Assembly: GCA_036676395.1 (NCBI GenBank)
Contig: JAKFCY010000002.1
Location: 2,016,001-2,080,000, forward strand
Length of the DNA stretch: 64,000 nt
DNA from: Bdellovibrio sp.
Lineage (GTDB): Bacteria > Bdellovibrionota > Bdellovibrionia > Bdellovibrionales > Bdellovibrionaceae
Direction: 5' to 3'
Shown: positions 9,236-19,572 of the stretch, in pieces
Numbering within the stretch: the stretch's first letter is position 1
Layout: the number at the start of each line of letters is the position of its first letter
The notes under the pieces: model-generated
Told to the model about the DNA's origin: nothing
Databases searched by the model: none
Seen by the model: the letters and a program-made list of their open reading frames with translations, nothing else
Program-made: the position numbers and the translations under genes

Positions 9236-10051
9236 TTACGGACAAATGAGGATGGGTTTATTAACAGAGCGAACGATTTTGGTCGCAACTTTACCCAGCA
9301 ATGGGTTTCTTCTGTTTTTATCCCGAGGCGATAACGCAACAATATCAAACTCTTTAGATTTTTTTTCGACTCTATCTAAAATATTTCCATTGCTGCGCAC
9401 CATTTTAAGATCTGGGTGTGTTTTTGAAAACTTGGCAAAAATTTTATTATCTTCATCATGTATCTGTTTAACCATTTCTTTGTGAACCGGAAAGTTCAGT
9501 ATAGGAATGGGCTTAGGAATCACATGATAAAGCTCTAACTTAGGATGAACACTAGATTCGAAAGATCTAACTTGCATAAGTGTTCGATCAGTTTGTTCAC
9601 TAAAATCAGAAGGAATCAGAATGCGCTTTGGCAACAGTGCGCGTTGGCCCCGATGCACCCACACCGGAAACGGCGAAAGAGTGGCGACCTTTTCTGCAGT
9701 GCTGCCTAAAAAAAAGCGAGCCAATTTACTATACCCTTTATGACCCACGATAATTAACGGCACTTGCTCTACTTTTTTGCCGATATCAATTAACTGTTCA
9801 GCGGGGTCGCCCATTTTAACAAAGATATTTGGATTTTCAGGCAGCTTATAAGTTTTTCGAATCAGAAACTTCATTCTTAAAACAAATTCATCGACGGTAT
9901 CACCCAAAGTTTGAAAATAATCATACGCATACAAATAAGTTAACGGCACCTTCATCGTTTCAGATAGTTTTTGCGCTTCTTTCACTACGATTTTTGAATA
10001 CTTTGAAAGATCTACTCCAACTATAATGTGCTTGATTTCTTGATGCTGCAT
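9236..10051 (-). CDS. Universal stress protein (tandem USP domains), paralog 1
   Basis: IIVGVDLS, GDPAEQL and VGHKG...FFLGSTAEKV motifs, then a second USP domain. Confidence 0.9.
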   Translation of the reverse strand: MQHQEIKHIIVGVDLSKYSKIVVKEAQKLSETMKVPLTYLYAYDYFQTLGDTVDEFVLRMKFLIRKTYKLPENPNIFVKMGDPAEQLIDIGKKVEQVPLIIVGHKGYSKLARFFLGSTAEKVATLSPFPVWVHRGQRALLPKRILIPSDFSEQTDRTLMQVRSFESSVHPKLELYHVIPKPIPILNFPVHKEMVKQIHDEDNKIFAKFSKTHPDLKMVRSNGNILDRVEKKSKEFDIVALSPRDKNRRNPLLGKVATKIVRSVNKPILICP

Positions 10052-10094
10052 TTAAATACCTTTTTGCCTCTTGAGAACTTTATTTCTAATAAGT

Positions 10095-10109
10095 GCGAAT
10101 ACCATGCCA
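10095..10109 (-). promoter_or_regulatory. sigma54-type -24/-12 promoter for USP1
   Basis: Minus strand TGGCATGGTATTCGC (GG-N10-GC) upstream of the start at 10051. Confidence 0.5.
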
Positions 10110-10121
10110 TCGATTAACTTA

Positions 10122-10904
10122 TCATTTAGCCGAGAGCTGGCGATCGATAATATCTTTAAACGCAGCCAACGGATAAGCCCCTTTTAAAGATATGCCATTA
10201 ACTAAATATCCAGGTGTTCCTGAAATATTAAATTTTTGCGCTTCTGCCGTATCGGCGTTAATACGCTGAGCAATTTTTTCGCTTTTCAACGCAGCTTCTA
10301 CTTTTTTCAGATCTGCACCAACTTTTTTAGCTAACTCTTTAAAAAGAGCTTCGCCTTTATCTTTCATTTCACCCTGTTTTTCAAAAACTAAGTCATGAAA
10401 CTTTTCAGCTTTTGCATGGTCTTGCATCGCGATCGCTTCAAAATAACGAGCCGCTGGCATTGCTAATGGATGAAAATCTAAAGGTAAATGTTTATAGACG
10501 ATTCGCACCTTATCGCCATATTCTTTTTTAAGCTGCTTCATTGTTTGATAGCCACGCGAGCAATATGGACATTCAAAATCAGAATATTCAACTATTGTAA
10601 TCGGTGCAGATTTATGACCAAAGATGACGCGGCCTTCTTCAATTTCAGGTTTTAAAGGGTTTTTAAATTCTTCTTCGCGCTGTTTTTGTTCATCCTGCTG
10701 GGCTCGTTCGCCGGCGACTTTCTGCGCGCTTTGTTGGGCTTTCATGACCACTTCGATAAATTGATCCGGAGCTTTTTCAATGGCGGTGAAAACAATTGAG
10801 GGATCTTTTTCGACGGCCTCTTTAATTTGTTTTGCACTCGGCGCACAAGATGCAAGTAAAAGCCCGATAATTGATATTTTTAATAGTCCACTAAGTTGAT
10901 TCAT
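10122..10904 (-). CDS. DsbA-family thioredoxin-fold lipoprotein
   Basis: Lipobox LASC; EYSDFECPYC and GTP motifs; ATG 10904 preceded by GGAGGA. Confidence 0.9.
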   Translation of the reverse strand: MNQLSGLLKISIIGLLLASCAPSAKQIKEAVEKDPSIVFTAIEKAPDQFIEVVMKAQQSAQKVAGERAQQDEQKQREEEFKNPLKPEIEEGRVIFGHKSAPITIVEYSDFECPYCSRGYQTMKQLKKEYGDKVRIVYKHLPLDFHPLAMPAARYFEAIAMQDHAKAEKFHDLVFEKQGEMKDKGEALFKELAKKVGADLKKVEAALKSEKIAQRINADTAEAQKFNISGTPGYLVNGISLKGAYPLAAFKDIIDRQLSAK

Positions 10905-10957
10905 TGAATCCTCCAATAAGATGTTGGATTTCAGAATAACAGCAGGCTTTTTTGTCT

Positions 10958-10984
10958 TGTCACAGCTGTGTGAATAGTTTGTAA
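10958..10984 (-). promoter_or_regulatory. Triple 11-bp-spaced direct repeat (OmpR/PhoB-type site) upstream of the dsbA-like gene
   Basis: Minus strand TTACA, TCACA and TGACA with an exact 11-nt period, followed by TGnTATTCT. Confidence 0.55.
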
Positions 10985-10992
10985 ATTAAACT

Positions 10993-11652
10993 TTACAAAA
11001 CTTTTAATCGATATCCCACCGAACGTACCGTTTCGATAAGCTGGTCATCAGTTTTCTGCCTTAAAAGCATAATATGCGTATCTACGGTACGAGTTGTCGG
11101 ATAAACCTCGTAGCCCCAGACTTTATTTAAAATCTCATCCCGAGAAAAAACTTTTTCCGGACTTTCGGCAAGTAAGACCAAAAGTTCAAATTCTTTTTTA
11201 ACCAGTTGAACATCCACGTTTTTAAAACTGACTTTATGACGAATGCGATCGATAACTAATGAACCCACAGTTAAAATTCCTGAAGCTTCTGGCAGTTTGG
11301 TTCTTAGCTGCACACGCAGTCTTGCGATCAGTTCGCGAGGTTCAAAGGGCTTAGTTAAATAATCATTAGCCCCCACTTCTAAGCCAAGAACTTTATCCAT
11401 AATATCTGCCCGTGCCGTCAAAAAAATTACCGGAGTTTGAATATCTTGCTTGCGAATTTCGATGAGAAAATCTAACCCCTGGCCATCAGGTAACATCCAA
11501 TCCAGAATAATAAGATCTGATTTTACTTTTAACCGCTCGCGAGCCTGAGCCAAGTTTTCGCAAATAGTTACTTGATGACCTTCTTTAAGAATAAGATCTT
11601 TCAAAGGTAAACTGATGTTCTGATGGTCTTCAATAATCATTACATGCGGCAT
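10993..11652 (-). CDS. OmpR-family response regulator
   Basis: REC domain (ILDWMLPD, KPF) plus winged HTH (TRTVDTHI, ETVRSVGY). Confidence 0.93.
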   Translation of the reverse strand: MPHVMIIEDHQNISLPLKDLILKEGHQVTICENLAQARERLKVKSDLIILDWMLPDGQGLDFLIEIRKQDIQTPVIFLTARADIMDKVLGLEVGANDYLTKPFEPRELIARLRVQLRTKLPEASGILTVGSLVIDRIRHKVSFKNVDVQLVKKEFELLVLLAESPEKVFSRDEILNKVWGYEVYPTTRTVDTHIMLLRQKTDDQLIETVRSVGYRLKVL

Positions 11653-13232
11653 TAGTTATGACCTCTTAAAGTGAGTGTTAAGGTAAATAAGGTTGGATTT
11701 TTAGAAAACTGCAAGCGAGCGCCCCATTGATTAACAATAAATAAAATCATATTCAGACCTAAACCCATGCCTTGGCTCCGCGGACTTTTTACAAAAGCTT
11801 CGGTCATTTGATCGATCGATTCAAAATCGTTTTTTCCGGCATCTTGAATTAAAATTTTCAAATGAGTTTTGTTTTTTTGAAGCTTAATAACGACCGGCGG
11901 GTCTCCATGCAGAAAAGCATTCTGCACTAGGTTAGATAAAATAAATTTTAGCCAAAACGCATCTAATCTTAAGTTATGGTCTTCTGATAATAACTCGCAA
12001 GAAATTTCTCTGCCCGAGTCGGCTATAAAATCAGAGATCCAATTATTTATTGAAGGAATATCCGCATTATTAAATTGAATGCGATGACTTTCGGTTTGCA
12101 AATAAGTTTTACTGACTTCGATAATTCTTTGCATCCGGTAAATTTCAGTCGACATACGAACTAAAATATCCTGACTTTCAATATCCAGTTTTTTTTGCTT
12201 ATCTGCTATCTGCTCAATCAATAAAAGCATCGCGCTGACCGGGGTTCTGAATTCATGACTTAAAACCTGCAAAGACAACCGATGTTTAATTTGAGCTTTA
12301 TTTTTTTCGTAAAGGCTTTTGATGTAAAAACCAAAAAAGCTAAATAAAATAAGCCCAATCAAAATCAAAATTGCAAAAGAGTAACGGTAAAAATAAGCCT
12401 GAGTCTGTTGCGAATTGTAAGTCCAGCAGCTATTTCCAATTTTTAAAATACATACCGAATTTTCAGCTCCTGAAGTGACGTCAAATTTTCCGGCTTTAAC
12501 AACCTGATTAAATTCAGAAGCAGAGTAAATCAAATAACTCAGTGGAGAAAAGCCCAAGCGGTCTTGATCTTTAAATAAAACATATTCTGAAGTAATAATT
12601 AATTCTTCACCGCGAATAACAGACTCAACTTCGTCTTCGTTAAAACGGGATAAAATTAAGAATTTTAAGTCATTGATTTTATATTTCTGCAGAACTTCGG
12701 CAAGTTCAGAAATTTTAAAATAAGAAAGATGTTGCTCAACCCATTTTTTCTCATCATCAAAGGGTGCCGTGTACATCGAAATCAAATAGGCATAACTAGA
12801 GCCTTTTTGATCTGCGAAGGGCGGTTTCAAAAAAAAATCATTCGGAAGCGGAGCCGCGCCAGACAAAAAGAATTCGAGCTGACGTCTTTTTTCTGTTTCT
12901 AAATTAATGCTTTCTTTATTTTCTTCGGCTTGGGCTTGTTTTTCGCTGCAGTTTATACAAGTTGGAAAATGCAGTTTTTTAATACTTAAAAGAGGATGTA
13001 GAATTTGAAACTGGCCGCTGTTTCCGTAAATTTCTGAAAAATTAATCTCGGCCACAGGTTTTGTACTCAAGCGAAACTGGGTAATCGTTTCGCGTATTTC
13101 AGAGCCCGCACGATCTGTCGAAATAAACAAACCCTTTTGACTTGCTATTTGCGCCCAATAAATAAAAATCAACATTAAGACTGCAAAAAGACTTAATAAC
13201 CCAAAATGATTTTTAATAAATGACGTATTCAA
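11652..13232 (-). CDS. Sensor histidine kinase, probably VxrA/DUF3404-like
   Basis: Two TM segments around a periplasmic domain ending CILKIGNSCW; LSHEFRTP H-box, NLVQNA and GMGLGL. Confidence 0.8.
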   Translation of the reverse strand: MNTSFIKNHFGLLSLFAVLMLIFIYWAQIASQKGLFISTDRAGSEIRETITQFRLSTKPVAEINFSEIYGNSGQFQILHPLLSIKKLHFPTCINCSEKQAQAEENKESINLETEKRRQLEFFLSGAAPLPNDFFLKPPFADQKGSSYAYLISMYTAPFDDEKKWVEQHLSYFKISELAEVLQKYKINDLKFLILSRFNEDEVESVIRGEELIITSEYVLFKDQDRLGFSPLSYLIYSASEFNQVVKAGKFDVTSGAENSVCILKIGNSCWTYNSQQTQAYFYRYSFAILILIGLILFSFFGFYIKSLYEKNKAQIKHRLSLQVLSHEFRTPVSAMLLLIEQIADKQKKLDIESQDILVRMSTEIYRMQRIIEVSKTYLQTESHRIQFNNADIPSINNWISDFIADSGREISCELLSEDHNLRLDAFWLKFILSNLVQNAFLHGDPPVVIKLQKNKTHLKILIQDAGKNDFESIDQMTEAFVKSPRSQGMGLGLNMILFIVNQWGARLQFSKNPTLFTLTLTLRGHN

Positions 13233-14479
13233 GGCTTTTTCACCATCACAGCCGGATCATGACGAATATATTTGTCATTAATAAATTTCATCATAAACAC
13301 CGTAATCGTTACCGTACCCACCAATACATAACCAAGAACATCGAAATGCTCTAAAACCCCGTCAGGTCTTTTCACAACGATATACCCGGCAATCACCGCA
13401 GCCACACCGCCTGCGATTTGCTGCATTGACGCATTAATAGCCATGAATGATCCGCGGTGTGCGGGGTCGGGCAATGCCGACATCAAAGCTTGTGAAGGAA
13501 TCATGCGCGAAAAAATACCGATGAACATGACCGTATTAACGATGACTACGGCGATTAACGAACTTGGCCCCATGTTTGTGTAGTAGACAACCATGACCGC
13601 AGATAGAATCCCACCAAAAACAAAAGTTCGAAGTTTACCAAAAGAATCACTCAGTTTACCGACAAGTGGCCCGATAAAAAGAGTAGCGATGCCGGTAATT
13701 AAATAAATGATCGGTAAATCCTGCATGGTTAGCTTTAGATTATTCACTGTAAAATCTGTTCCAAACGGCATCAGCATAAATCCGCCAATTGACATCAACG
13801 CTGTGGCCGCAAACCCATAAAGGTATTTTTCATTGGTAACAGTAGTTTTCATGTGATTAAAAGCATTGTGATCAACACGTGCAATTTTTAAATGTTCATT
13901 AATTGGTTTCAGATAAATAAGAATCACAACACCTGCGATAATGCTTACACCCACAATCATGAAAAATGGCGCATGCCATCCCCAAATGTTTGAAATATAA
14001 AGCCCTACGGGAATACCCAGAACTTGGCTTGCGGCAAAAGCGGTTTGAATGAACCCCATCACGCGGCCACGCTGCGACAGTGCAAACACATCAGCTGTGA
14101 TAGCCAAAACCACAGAGCCGATGACTCCACCAAAAAGGCCAGTTACGATTCTTGCGGCCAGCATAAAGTGATAACTTGGGGCTATCGCGCAGAATAATGT
14201 TCCGATGACAAATCCAACATAGAAAAAAAGTAGTATTTTCTTTCGATCATAACGATCAGCAAAGCCCGAAGCTAAAAGCCCGGCGATGCCTGCACTGAAC
14301 GCGTAAGCCGAATGGACGATACCGAATTGCGACGGGCCCATTTTAAGGGCCGGCATCATAATAACCCCCAAAGGCGCCATGATCATAAAATCAAGAATTA
14401 TAGTAAATTGAAGAAAAGCCAAAAGCCCTACGACGAACTTTTGGTAGCCAGTAAATGCAGTCTCATTTTTGGAAGTCAT
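13229..14479 (-). CDS. MFS transporter
   Basis: ADRYDRKK and SDSFGK motifs; about 12 TM segments. Confidence 0.9.
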   Translation of the reverse strand: MTSKNETAFTGYQKFVVGLLAFLQFTIILDFMIMAPLGVIMMPALKMGPSQFGIVHSAYAFSAGIAGLLASGFADRYDRKKILLFFYVGFVIGTLFCAIAPSYHFMLAARIVTGLFGGVIGSVVLAITADVFALSQRGRVMGFIQTAFAASQVLGIPVGLYISNIWGWHAPFFMIVGVSIIAGVVILIYLKPINEHLKIARVDHNAFNHMKTTVTNEKYLYGFAATALMSIGGFMLMPFGTDFTVNNLKLTMQDLPIIYLITGIATLFIGPLVGKLSDSFGKLRTFVFGGILSAVMVVYYTNMGPSSLIAVVIVNTVMFIGIFSRMIPSQALMSALPDPAHRGSFMAINASMQQIAGGVAAVIAGYIVVKRPDGVLEHFDVLGYVLVGTVTITVFMMKFINDKYIRHDPAVMVKKP

Positions 14480-14551
14480 TTAATGATACTAGCCCTTCAC
14501 GGCCGATAGTCACTAAATGTTATTTTGTTGATTGGTACATCCTTTAAGGAT

Positions 14552-15364
14552 CTATAGTTTTTTAATCTGATCAAATAAAATAAAAGCTCCCATAATCAGA
14601 ACAAAATAACCGAATCCTTTTTTAAGACCTTTTTCTGAAACTTTTTTAGTTAAAAACATTCCTACAAATAAACCGACAACGGCTATACCAGTTATCGCCG
14701 CCAATAGCGACCATTGAATTTCACTGGGCATATTACTGTGGTGTTGCAAATCACCCAGAAAACCAATTAAAGATTTGGCCGCAATAATAAATAATGAGGT
14801 GCCCACCGCGATTTTCATCGGCATCCCGACTAAAACAACCAGCGCTGGAATAATTAAAAAACCGCCGCCAGCACCGACAAATCCGGTCACTCCCCCGACC
14901 ACCAAACCTTCAAGTGAAATCAATGAAAATTTAGCTAAGAGTGATAATTCTGCTTTTTTAGTTTCTGCTTTTTTAGTTTTGATCATTGAAATAGAAGCCG
15001 CCAGCATCAAAACAGCAAAGACTAACATAATCAGTAACGGCTTAGAAAAAGCTACAGATCCCGCCGTAAACACCGGATCTGGAAGGCTTGGCACCACATA
15101 GGCTCGGGTTAAATAAACACCGATAAAACTTGGAACCGCAAAAATTAATCCTGTTTTAAGATCAACTTCGCCTTTTTTAAAATACGATACACCGCCGACA
15201 AGAGCGGTCGATCCCACGATAAATAGTGAATACGCCGTGGCTGTGATAGGATTAATTGCAAACAAGTACACCAGGATTGGAACAGTTAAAATTGATCCGC
15301 CGCCACCGATCATCCCTAAAGATAATCCCATAAATATTGAGGCTATATATCCTGCAATTTCCAC
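14552..15364 (-). CDS. TauE/SafE-family sulfite exporter
   Basis: LGMIGGGGSILTVP and GFVGAGGGFLIIPAL...AVGTSL motifs. Confidence 0.9.
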   Translation of the reverse strand: MEIAGYIASIFMGLSLGMIGGGGSILTVPILVYLFAINPITATAYSLFIVGSTALVGGVSYFKKGEVDLKTGLIFAVPSFIGVYLTRAYVVPSLPDPVFTAGSVAFSKPLLIMLVFAVLMLAASISMIKTKKAETKKAELSLLAKFSLISLEGLVVGGVTGFVGAGGGFLIIPALVVLVGMPMKIAVGTSLFIIAAKSLIGFLGDLQHHSNMPSEIQWSLLAAITGIAVVGLFVGMFLTKKVSEKGLKKGFGYFVLIMGAFILFDQIKKL

Positions 15365-15370
15365 AATGAC

Positions 15371-15799
15371 CTACTTTTGTAGTTTTAATTTTTTATCGAC
15401 CTGTTTAAACAAAAACATTCCGGCAAGCATACTGATCACAAAGATGAAAGATGTTTTATCAAAACTTGCAAGTGAGGTGATTGCCGGCCCGGGGCAAAAA
15501 CCACCTAACGCCCAACCAACCCCGAAAATAAAAGCACCAATAATTAATGCTGGGGTAATTTCTTTTTTTGTGGGCACATGCCAGTGCGTACTTAATAAAG
15601 GTGATTTTCTTTTTCTAATCAGTTTGTACAGCACAAAGTGAACTAAAATTGCACCGACCATCACAAAAATTAATGAGGGATCCCAGTGGCCAAATAAATC
15701 TAAAAAGCCAATGACTTTTTGCGGCTGGGTCATGCCTGATAAACCCAGGCCAAGGGCAAAAATAAACCCAACAGCTAATGCCGATAAAGCATTTTTCAT
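15371..15799 (-). CDS. YeeE/YedE-type sulfur transporter subunit
   Basis: SGMTQPQKVIGFLD, WDPSL and GFCPGP motifs. Confidence 0.9.
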   Translation of the reverse strand: MKNALSALAVGFIFALGLGLSGMTQPQKVIGFLDLFGHWDPSLIFVMVGAILVHFVLYKLIRKRKSPLLSTHWHVPTKKEITPALIIGAFIFGVGWALGGFCPGPAITSLASFDKTSFIFVISMLAGMFLFKQVDKKLKLQK

Positions 15800-16221
15800 A
15801 AATAGACTCCTAATTTTCTAAACACATAAACAGCCGCAATACCTGCCGCCATAAAAACAATCGTGGCCGCGATTGATCTTGCTGACATACGACTGATACC
15901 ACAGACACCGTGGCCGCTGGTACAGCCGCTTCCCAAGATGGTGCCAAAACCTACAAGCAAACCTGCAACGACTGTTGTCCATGTTTCTGAGTTAATCGTG
16001 TTAGCAAAGACCGTAGGTTTTAACTGACCCATAACCAATCCACCTAAAAAAAGTCCGCCCATAAAAAGTACTCGCCACAAGGTGTCGCCTTTAACTGGCG
16101 AGAGCGCGCCATTAATAATACCGCTTATACCGGTGACACGACCGCTCCACAAAAGCATTAATGAAACAGATGTTCCGATTAAAACTCCTCCGAATAAAGC
16201 ATTGATCCAGTCTTGTTGCAT
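15796..16221 (-). CDS. YeeE/YedE-type sulfur transporter subunit
   Basis: GRVTGISGI and [15 protein letters not shown] motifs. Confidence 0.9.
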   Translation of the reverse strand: MQQDWINALFGGVLIGTSVSLMLLWSGRVTGISGIINGALSPVKGDTLWRVLFMGGLFLGGLVMGQLKPTVFANTINSETWTTVVAGLLVGFGTILGSGCTSGHGVCGISRMSARSIAATIVFMAAGIAAVYVFRKLGVYL

Positions 16222-16232
16222 ACGTTAACTCC

Positions 16233-16574
16233 TTAACTTTTGACCACGGGTAATTTTTTTTCATTCCAATCAATCATTCCACCGATCAGATTCATCGTAA
16301 ACCTGAAACCTAACTTAATACTTTCTTGTGTGGCCGCTTCAGAGCGTACGCCGCTCCGGCAGACAAACACAATAGCTTGTGAACGATCAGCCTGTTCTAG
16401 AAAAGTTGTGAGTTCTGGGCCTAAGGTTATCAGTTCAGCACCTTTGATGTGACCCAATTCATTGTTATATTCGTCAGCTCGGCGCACATCGACGATGCGT
16501 AAGTTTTTTTGACTTTCACCTGATTCTGCCAGATGCGCGAAAAGCTGTTCGGTTGTAATTTCAATAGTGTTCAT
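16233..16574 (-). CDS. Single-domain rhodanese (sulfurtransferase)
   Basis: DVRRADEY, GHIKGA, CRSGVRS and GGMIDW motifs; start taken at ATG 16574. Confidence 0.88.
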   Translation of the reverse strand: MNTIEITTEQLFAHLAESGESQKNLRIVDVRRADEYNNELGHIKGAELITLGPELTTFLEQADRSQAIVFVCRSGVRSEAATQESIKLGFRFTMNLIGGMIDWNEKKLPVVKS

Positions 16575-16609
16575 GTAGACAGTTTGCCGAATACACAAAA
16601 TAAGTATGA

Positions 16610-16621
16610 TGTGCCAGCACA
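16610..16621. promoter_or_regulatory. Crp-family-like box, copy 1
   Basis: TGTGCCAGCACA, identical to 17360-17371. Confidence 0.65.
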
Positions 16622-16639
16622 CAATTCAGAAGAATTATT

Positions 16640-17284
16640 TTAGCCCAGGTCTTGTAGGGCCACGAGGTGGTCGCGCTTTAGAATTAAAATCGAACGTCCA
16701 TCTTGCAAAATTAATCCGTCGGCTTCAAGTTCAGCTAACGCTTTAATAACTGTTGAAACGGTGCTCGCACAAAAGTTGGCTATTTCTTGGCGCGTCCAAT
16801 TATGCTCGGGATGAAGATCTTTTAAATAAACAACTGATTGCGCTACGCGAACCTTAATTTCATTTTCTAAAATCATAACACGTTGTGTTTCGCAATGTCG
16901 CAATTCTGTGGCCAGCACTTGCACCACATCTTCAAGCAGCGACTTATCTTGGTCAATGCCCGCAAGCACTACAGCTTTAGGTACAAATTTAATGGTGGTC
17001 GGTTCTAGGGCCACAGTCGTTCCGTGATAACCCTCATTCGAAAACAACGCCCGGTGACCGAAAAATTGACTCTGTCTAAAAAATCTTAACAGGTGTTCTT
17101 TACCAGAGTGCGAACTTAAAATCGTAAGACCCACCAGCCCCGCTTTTACAAAATAAAGACCCTTGGGCATATCACCTTGAGAATAAATAGGATCACCACG
17201 CTTAAAATGCAAGGTTTGCGACTGCGCCTCAAAGTATTGGCGTATGTCAGGGTTAATGTCTGACCATAATTCTTTGCTTTTCAT
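16640..17284 (-). CDS. Crp/Fnr-family transcriptional regulator
   Basis: cNMP-binding-like domain (GLYFVKAGLV, FFGHRALF) and HTH TRQEIANFCASTVSTVIKAL. Confidence 0.9.
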   Translation of the reverse strand: MKSKELWSDINPDIRQYFEAQSQTLHFKRGDPIYSQGDMPKGLYFVKAGLVGLTILSSHSGKEHLLRFFRQSQFFGHRALFSNEGYHGTTVALEPTTIKFVPKAVVLAGIDQDKSLLEDVVQVLATELRHCETQRVMILENEIKVRVAQSVVYLKDLHPEHNWTRQEIANFCASTVSTVIKALAELEADGLILQDGRSILILKRDHLVALQDLG

Positions 17285-17359
17285 AGCGAAAGCTTAGCAA
17301 GCAACAACTGTAAAATACAGTGTGCGGCGCGGCCTAGACCTATTTTGTTTCATAAATGC

Positions 17360-17371
17360 TGTGCCAGCACA
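17360..17371. promoter_or_regulatory. Crp-family-like box, copy 2
   Basis: TGTGCCAGCACA, 23 nt upstream of TATATT (17395-17400). Confidence 0.65.
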
Positions 17372-17424
17372 TAACTTGCCTACTTGAACAGTGATATATT
17401 GAAATAGAAACAACGGAGCTTCTT

Positions 17425-18288
17425 ATGAAACCAACAGTAAAAGAATTTTTTGATCAAGCCACTTGGACCATGACTTACGTGGTTTACGATGCCGCGACAA
17501 AAGATGCCGTTATTCTTGATCCTGTCTGGGATTACGACCCGGCGGCCTCTAAAATGTCATCACAATCAGCCGAACAGGTTTTAACCTTTGTTAAAGAAAA
17601 TAAGCTTAAAGTGCATTACATTCTTGAAACCCATGCCCATGCAGACCATGTCAGCGGTTCACAAATTCTAAAAGAAAAACTTCCGGGAACAAAAGTAGGC
17701 ATTGGCGCAAAAATCACTGAAGTGCAAAAAGTTTTTAAAGATGTTTTTAATCTTGACCCGAATTTTAAAACCGACGGCAGTCAATTCGATTTACTTTTAA
17801 ACGAAGAGCAAGTGCTTGAAGCCGGAACATTAAAAATAAAAACAATCTACACCCCGGGCCACACCCCAGCCTGTTCAAGTTATGTGATTGGCGATGCAGT
17901 GTTTACCGGAGACGCCTTATTTATGCCCGACTACGGCACTGGCCGCTGTGATTTTCCGGCAGGCAGCGCAGATGATCTGTACACCTCAGTGCACGACAAA
18001 CTTTACCAACTACCAGACGATTACAGAGTGTTTGTTGGCCATGACTATTTACCCGATGGCCGGGCTTTGGCTTTTGAAACAACCATCGCCGAAGAAAAAG
18101 CTAAGAATGTGCAACTCAAACACGACACCAGTCGCCATCAATTTGTCGAATTTAGAAATACCAGAGATAAGACCTTAGCGGCACCAAGATTAATTTTACC
18201 CAGTGTACAAGTAAACATTGATGCCGGAAAACTTCCGGCACCAGAAAAAAATGGCACAAGTTATCTGAAAATTCCGATAAGGTCTTAA
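17425..18288 (+). CDS. Persulfide dioxygenase (ETHE1/Blh-type MBL)
   Basis: [34 protein letters not shown] and [11 protein letters not shown] motifs. Confidence 0.92.
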   Translation: MKPTVKEFFDQATWTMTYVVYDAATKDAVILDPVWDYDPAASKMSSQSAEQVLTFVKENKLKVHYILETHAHADHVSGSQILKEKLPGTKVGIGAKITEVQKVFKDVFNLDPNFKTDGSQFDLLLNEEQVLEAGTLKIKTIYTPGHTPACSSYVIGDAVFTGDALFMPDYGTGRCDFPAGSADDLYTSVHDKLYQLPDDYRVFVGHDYLPDGRALAFETTIAEEKAKNVQLKHDTSRHQFVEFRNTRDKTLAAPRLILPSVQVNIDAGKLPAPEKNGTSYLKIPIRS

Positions 18289-18482
18289 AACTTCTTATTA
18301 ATTTTGCACGTGTTAATTCCAAAGATTGCATAAGGTGGGCACCAGCCCATCAAACCAGTCAGTAAAGGAATTAACCCAAGCAAAAACCAATAATTTACAG
18401 GCCCCCAGAATGCCATTGATGTTAAAAAAATGCCGACGGCAATTCGCACGATTCTTTCAGTAGGATGGATATTTTTTTTCAT
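18285..18482 (-). CDS. DUF2892 (YgaP-like) small membrane protein
   Basis: MKKNI...ERIVRI...[14 protein letters not shown] signature. Confidence 0.88.
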   Translation of the reverse strand: MKKNIHPTERIVRIAVGIFLTSMAFWGPVNYWFLLGLIPLLTGLMGWCPPYAIFGINTCKINKKF

Positions 18483-19288
18483 ATTTTTCTCTCAGTGCTT
18501 TCAAAAATTTTATTTGCAGAATCGGCAACAAATCCCTGAAAGATTTCTCCACTTTTTGTGGGATATCGTTTAGCAAATTCATAATAACAAGCCGGAATAT
18601 CAAATTCACCCTCTGCAAACGAGACGGGAACCCTATTTGCCATGGTTGAACTTTGTTCAAGATAAACAGCAGGGCTTCCTTTAATGGCGCCACCAGCCGT
18701 GTTTAAAATAAAGCCATTTTCTAGCAAAAATGAATTTAACTCTTCCATGCAGTTTAATTTTTTAAGGTGATTCACATCAACAGTAAAATGATTGGGTCTA
18801 AAACCATGCGCATAAACCCAAGCCACATATTCACTTTCAAGAAGTAATTTTTTATAAACTTCATAACTAGCGGGCCAAGGGCGCCCCAAGTACATAAAGG
18901 CAAGACTATCCATTTTTGTTTTATCCATCTGAGCCACTACATTATTGACGACGTCTTGTAAAAAAGATGACCCTTGGGTTAAATCAAATTCAGAAATAAA
19001 TACTTTAGGCATGCATATATCAATATGTTCAAAATGTTTGGCTTTTAATTTTTTCGCCGCAAAATCATAGACCCCGACTTGCTTGTAGCCATAATTTAAA
19101 AAATGCTGGCTTAAAATGTCGGTCGTTATAACTGGATGTGAAAAAGTTCGAAAAGCGATGTGATCATTGACCACTTCTTCGCCAGCCGTTGTCAGGGCCT
19201 GATAAACGGCTTTGGCCTGTGGGTTAAGACTACAATAATCGATCCACATTTTTTTTAAATGAACGGAAAGTTCTTGTTTTTTTGTCAT
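18479..19288 (-). CDS. DUF1338 protein (2-oxoadipate dioxygenase/decarboxylase-related)
   Basis: NDHIAFRTF, PKVFISE, ESEYVAW, NHFT, LEQSST and YYEFAKR motifs. Confidence 0.88.
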   Translation of the reverse strand: MTKKQELSVHLKKMWIDYCSLNPQAKAVYQALTTAGEEVVNDHIAFRTFSHPVITTDILSQHFLNYGYKQVGVYDFAAKKLKAKHFEHIDICMPKVFISEFDLTQGSSFLQDVVNNVVAQMDKTKMDSLAFMYLGRPWPASYEVYKKLLLESEYVAWVYAHGFRPNHFTVDVNHLKKLNCMEELNSFLLENGFILNTAGGAIKGSPAVYLEQSSTMANRVPVSFAEGEFDIPACYYEFAKRYPTKSGEIFQGFVADSANKIFESTERKI

Positions 19289-19572
19289 GGGTTCTCCTTA
19301 TTTTGACTTGGATAAGTTTTGCTTAATTCAATGAGTGATTGCACAAAATTTTTTATGCGATCGGATGTTGTATTTTTGTCTAAAGATTGAATAAACCTAA
19401 AATAAACTTCTCGCTCCTGAGCTTCATCAATAATTGGACAGTCCGTAATTTGTTTGAGTTTAAAAATATCTTCCGCCAGTGTTATGCGTTGTTGGCAAAG
19501 TAAAACAATTTGCTGATCAAGTTCACCGATTTGTTGACGTTTTTTTTCAATCGCCTCATTAATCATTGTCAC
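19285..19572 (-). CDS. AroQ-type chorismate mutase (stand-alone)
   Basis: IEKKRQQIGELDQQIVLL...R...KLK...PIIDEAQE pattern of CM type II. Confidence 0.75.
   Translation of the reverse strand: MTMINEAIEKKRQQIGELDQQIVLLCQQRITLAEDIFKLKQITDCPIIDEAQEREVYFRFIQSLDKNTTSDRIKNFVQSLIELSKTYPSQNKENP

Noticed and set aside
16610..17371. TGGCAC inside the Crp-like boxes as sigma54 -24 elements
   Set aside because: No matching TTG-type -12 element at the required spacing in either copy.
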